In this document: piece by piece, positions 60,800-64,000 of the stretch
Layout of the letters: each line of letters starts with the position of its first letter
Numbering within the stretch: position 1 is the stretch's first letter
DNA from: Vitreoscilla sp.
GTDB lineage: Bacteria > Pseudomonadota > Gammaproteobacteria > Burkholderiales > Neisseriaceae
Direction of reading: 5' to 3'
NCBI GenBank assembly: GCA_030150505.1
Contig: JASLFS010000043.1
Location: 2,573 to 66,572 of the forward strand
Length of the DNA: 64,000 nt
Program-made: the position numbers and the translations under genes
Notes under the pieces: generated by a model
What the model saw: the letters and a program-made list of their open reading frames with translations, nothing else
What the model was told of the DNA's origin: nothing
The model's database searches: none

Positions 60800-61660
60800 A
60801 TGAGAAAAAATCATTGGGCTATGATGGGTATTTTGGCGTTATCAGCAGCTTTTGCAACAGCAAAGCCTGTGGATAGGATTGTTGCATTGGATTTCGGTGC
60901 TTTAGATACAATTAGCAGCTTGGGCGATGCGAATAAAGTTGTTGCCGCTCCTATTGATAATGCGCCAAAATATTTGGCTAATTTTTTTACTGGGCAGACT
61001 GTAGAAAATGCAGGTGGGTTAAAAATGCCACAAATAGAAGCCATCAAAAAAACAAATCCAGATTTGATTATTATTTCAGGGCGAGCAAATCAATTTTATG
61101 ATGAGTTAAGCACGATTGCGCCAACAATAAAGTATGCAGCTCAGTCGGATGATTATATGGATAGCGTCCGTCAGAATATTATGGAAGTTGCGCAAAAACT
61201 TGAAAAAACAGAATTAGCTAATCAAAAAATAGATGAATTACACCAGAAAATAGCAGATTTGAAAAATATCAGTGCAAGAAATGCCAGCAAAGCAATTATT
61301 CTTTTGCATAATGACGGTAAATTAATATTGTCAGAGAAAAGTAATTATGCCAATATAATTTTTGGTTTGGCTGGATTAGGGAATGCAGCTGAATCTGGCG
61401 GTTCTGAAAGAGTGATTGTGGATAATCAATTTTTGAGTAAAGTTAATCCTGATATTATTTATATTGTTGATCGCAGTGCTGCGATTGGTAAAACGCCATT
61501 GAATGTGGCTGCTTATTTTCAAGATAAAAACCTAAAGAAGCTAACTGCTGTTAAAAATAGCAAGGTTGTATATTTAGAGCCTACATTGTGGTATCTATCT
61601 GGTGGTGGTTTACAAAGTTTAGGTTTGCAGTTGGATGAAATTAAATCCAGTTTGAAATAG
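60800..61660 (+). CDS. Iron-siderophore ABC-transporter substrate-binding protein (cluster 8, CeuE/FatB-like), orphan
   Basis: Signal peptide from the ATG at 60800 (AAGGA RBS). Periplasmic binding protein type 2 features (RIVALDFGALDT, PDLIIISGR, NPDIIYIVDR). Confidence 0.8.
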   Translation: MRKNHWAMMGILALSAAFATAKPVDRIVALDFGALDTISSLGDANKVVAAPIDNAPKYLANFFTGQTVENAGGLKMPQIEAIKKTNPDLIIISGRANQFYDELSTIAPTIKYAAQSDDYMDSVRQNIMEVAQKLEKTELANQKIDELHQKIADLKNISARNASKAIILLHNDGKLILSEKSNYANIIFGLAGLGNAAESGGSERVIVDNQFLSKVNPDIIYIVDRSAAIGKTPLNVAAYFQDKNLKKLTAVKNSKVVYLEPTLWYLSGGGLQSLGLQLDEIKSSLK

Positions 61661-61753
61661 AAACTAGAACAATGTATTCACTTTGTTTATTGATAGCTAG
61701 AAACTTGTGTGGGTTTTAAAGTCAGGTTTTTAGAATTGTATATTCAATCAATA

Positions 61754-61797
61754 AGCTTACCAAAAGAGGGCTTTAAATATTTTGGTAAGCTATTTTT
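61754..61797 (+). terminator. Rho-independent terminator after the siderophore-binding protein gene
   Basis: 12-bp stem AGCTTACCAAAA / TTTTGGTAAGCT with a 14-nt loop and a T-rich tail. Confidence 0.7.
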
Positions 61798-62103
61798 ATG
61801 CCTTTTTTTATTAATCTTGAAGCACCATCATATCATTTGGTTATTTAATTTTTAAATGAATGGTTTTTTGTTTATTCAATTTAAATTAAAATAATATTTA
61901 TATTTATTTACATATTTTTGTAAATAAACAGAATAGGAAGCTTGCTTAATTCTTGTGTTTATATTCATAAAATCGCATCAATTTCAAAACAACTATTTGA
62001 TTCGTATTAATATTAATTTTTTTAAAACCAACGATATTGCATTTTAGTATTTTTATTTTATTGTTTGAGACATATGATTAGCTGTCAGTAGGTTAAATTA
62101 TAG

Positions 62104-62131
62104 TTGACAAAGTAAAATTAAGAAATAGAAT
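62104..62131 (+). promoter_or_regulatory. Predicted sigma-70 promoter of the RpiR-DdpX-DUF819 cluster
   Basis: -35 TTGACA (62104-62109), 16-nt spacer, -10 TAGAAT (62126-62131), 27 nt upstream of the ATG at 62159. Confidence 0.6.
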
Positions 62132-62158
62132 GTAATTAAATTAACAAGAGGTGAGCTG

Positions 62159-63004
62159 ATGCCAAAAAACCCGATTATAGAGGTCATCGAAGGCACTTAT
62201 GCTGAAATGACACCAACGTTTAAAAAAATAGCGACATATATTCTAGCTAATATTGATTATCTTCCATATGAAACAGCTGAAACCATTAGCCAAAAAGTTG
62301 TGGTGAGTGGTGTAACGGTTGGGCGTTTTTTCCGTTATTTAGGCTATAAAAATATTGAAGAAATCAAGGCCGTTTTACGAGACAGTGAAGTTAAACCGTG
62401 GTTAGTAACGGATAGATACGAAGCACATCAGCAGCAAAACCAGAGCTTAGAAAGTAAGTTACAGTTAGAGATTGAGGCCATTCAATATGCGCATGCATTA
62501 GCCGATACTTTATCTTTTAAGCATATGGTTAAAAGAATTGCCCATGCAGATTCTATCTATATTATTGGTTTACAGTCGTTGCGCGGCATTATGAATCATT
62601 TTGCATCATTGCTTGAGTATATGCGACCAAATGTATTTTATGCAGATGGTGCATCAGGGGCATTTTTGGAGACGTTTAACCACGAAGAAAATGATTCTTA
62701 TATGATGCTTTGTGATTTGCGTGCTTATGCAAAAATAACCCCAAAACTGTGCCAAGCAGCAATGGAACATCAAATGAAGTTTGGCTTAATTACTGATGTG
62801 TATTGCTCTTGGGCGAGAGAATTGCAAGGCGATGTTTTGATGTTAAAAACAGAAACTGGGCAATTTTGGGATTCAATTACACCGATTATGTCGTTAATGA
62901 ATTTATTATTAACGAATGTGGCTTTGGAGCTCGGTGAGGGAATGAAAGAGCGCTTAGATAAGAACCGTAAGTTACAAGCTTATTTTGGGCAATTTGATAT
63001 ATAA
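62159..63004 (+). CDS. MurR/RpiR-family transcriptional regulator (HTH_6 plus SIS domain)
   Basis: N-terminal HTH_6 (FKKIATYILANIDYLPYETAETISQKVVVSGVTVGRFFRYLGY) and a C-terminal SIS-like domain. Confidence 0.85.
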   Translation: MPKNPIIEVIEGTYAEMTPTFKKIATYILANIDYLPYETAETISQKVVVSGVTVGRFFRYLGYKNIEEIKAVLRDSEVKPWLVTDRYEAHQQQNQSLESKLQLEIEAIQYAHALADTLSFKHMVKRIAHADSIYIIGLQSLRGIMNHFASLLEYMRPNVFYADGASGAFLETFNHEENDSYMMLCDLRAYAKITPKLCQAAMEHQMKFGLITDVYCSWARELQGDVLMLKTETGQFWDSITPIMSLMNLLLTNVALELGEGMKERLDKNRKLQAYFGQFDI

Positions 63005-63028
63005 AATACAATAAGTTGTTAATTAAAA

Positions 63029-63733
63029 ATGAAAACTAGCTTGCAACACACACACATACCTACGTTTGATGAGCCTGATTGGCCATCAATTTTAGCGACA
63101 AGCATCCAAGAAAATGGTGATGAGCTAGTTAAAATCGAACCATCTGAAAGAATGAAATGTCGTTCAATGTATTTCGAAGCTAAAATTGAAGGTTCGCTGC
63201 CTGATATTTGGTTGAGGAAAAATGTTGTCCATCGTTTAGGCGTGGCTTTGAATTTTTTACCTAAAAATTTGGGTATTCTGTTATTGGATGGTTGGCGGCC
63301 TTATGAGGTACAAATGGCTTTGCGCAATTTGGTTGCTCAGGATTTAAAAGATAGCCAACCCCATTTGTCTGATGTTGATTTATTGAGATTGTTAAACCAA
63401 TTTGTAGCTGAGCCAAGACAACAATTGGATTCTCCAAGCCCGCATCTTACTGGCGGTTCAGTTGATTTAACGCTATTTGATGTTGAAACTGGTGAAATTC
63501 TCAATATGGGAACGGATTTTGATAGTCCAGAACCAGAATCATGGACAGCTGCTTTTGAGGGGCAAGCAAACGATGAGGTTATTCAACATCGTCGTTATTT
63601 ATACAATGCCATGATTTTATCTGGATTCACGAATTTACCAACGGAGTGGTGGCACTTCGATTTTGGTAATCAGCTATGGGCTTATTATTCCAATGAGCCT
63701 TATGCTATGTATTCTGCAACAAGTATGAACTAA
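63029..63733 (+). CDS. ddpX: D-alanyl-D-alanine dipeptidase (M15D, VanX/DdpX family)
   Basis: Zinc-ligand and catalytic motifs SPHLTGGSVDL (SxHxxGxAxD) and TEWWHF (ExxH). Confidence 0.85.
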   Translation: MKTSLQHTHIPTFDEPDWPSILATSIQENGDELVKIEPSERMKCRSMYFEAKIEGSLPDIWLRKNVVHRLGVALNFLPKNLGILLLDGWRPYEVQMALRNLVAQDLKDSQPHLSDVDLLRLLNQFVAEPRQQLDSPSPHLTGGSVDLTLFDVETGEILNMGTDFDSPEPESWTAAFEGQANDEVIQHRRYLYNAMILSGFTNLPTEWWHFDFGNQLWAYYSNEPYAMYSATSMN

Positions 63734-63784
63734 AAAATATAATATAATTAGAAACTTTCATTTTTAGGATGAGAAGAGGATTTT

Positions 63785-64000
63785 ATGGAAACTTTGATTT
63801 CAGCCGATAATCATATCGGGCTGTGGGCTTTTTTGTTGGTTGCTGCTACAGCATCTATTGTGATGGAGCAGCGTTATCAGTGGGCTGCAAAACTGTCAGG
63901 TGCTGTTATTGCTTTAATTATTGGTCTTGCTGCGACGAATTTGGGATTAGTGCCTCAGGATTCGGCTGTTTATGATGCAGTATGGGGTTATGTTGTTCCT
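63785..64000 (+). CDS. DUF819-family integral membrane protein (5' part; runs off the window)
   Basis: The ATG at 63785 is preceded by GAGAAGAGGA. The N-terminus METLISADNHIGLWAFLLVAATASIVMEQ...KLSGAVIALIIGLAATNLG is typical of DUF819. Confidence 0.6.
   Translation, partial: METLISADNHIGLWAFLLVAATASIVMEQRYQWAAKLSGAVIALIIGLAATNLGLVPQDSAVYDAVWGYVVP

Overview
AT-rich (about 40% G+C by eye, not computed) chromosomal window with about 60 tightly packed genes, almost all housekeeping or metabolic. I saw no rRNA or tRNA genes, CRISPR array, transposase, integrase or prophage, and no recognisable novel multi-gene system such as a defence island; the findings are modest and local. Main blocks: DUF455-HAD-proS-yciK-dgt-ribA. 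A leucine/isovalerate catabolic cluster (divergent TetR and thioesterase, then liuABCDE, an acyl-CoA synthetase and scoAB). parE-rppH; a PotF-like lipoprotein; tyrP; an aldehyde dehydrogenase; bioFCD. A Zur-box-controlled znuCBA, then glnD-cca-trxB. An LPS/heptose block (waaF, lapAB, pyrF, hldA, hldD). rhlE, IclR and LysR regulators, acs, nusB-ribH. Glutathione genes gshA and gshB split by trpS, a DUF1311 lipoprotein and a LexA/UmuD-like regulator. dgkA, a PCuAC copper chaperone, a Fur-box-controlled orphan siderophore-binding protein, and an RpiR-DdpX-DUF819 module. The likely source is a Neisseriaceae-type beta-proteobacterium. The evidence is a strongly over-represented 12-mer AGGCTGCCTGAA (a DNA-uptake-sequence dialect, often in inverted pairs acting as terminators), a stand-alone hldA kinase, znuCBA gene order and heptose-LOS genes. 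The most unusual items are the DUS dialect, a self-cleaving LexA/UmuD-type regulator with a non-canonical basic N-terminus apparently co-transcribed with gshB, and a 38-codon membrane ORF between the Zur box and znuC. Others are an orphan promoter-plus-terminator unit (candidate sRNA) upstream of bioF, a decayed DUF485 (yjcH) relic upstream of acs, and the RpiR-DdpX-DUF819 cluster behind a very AT-rich spacer.
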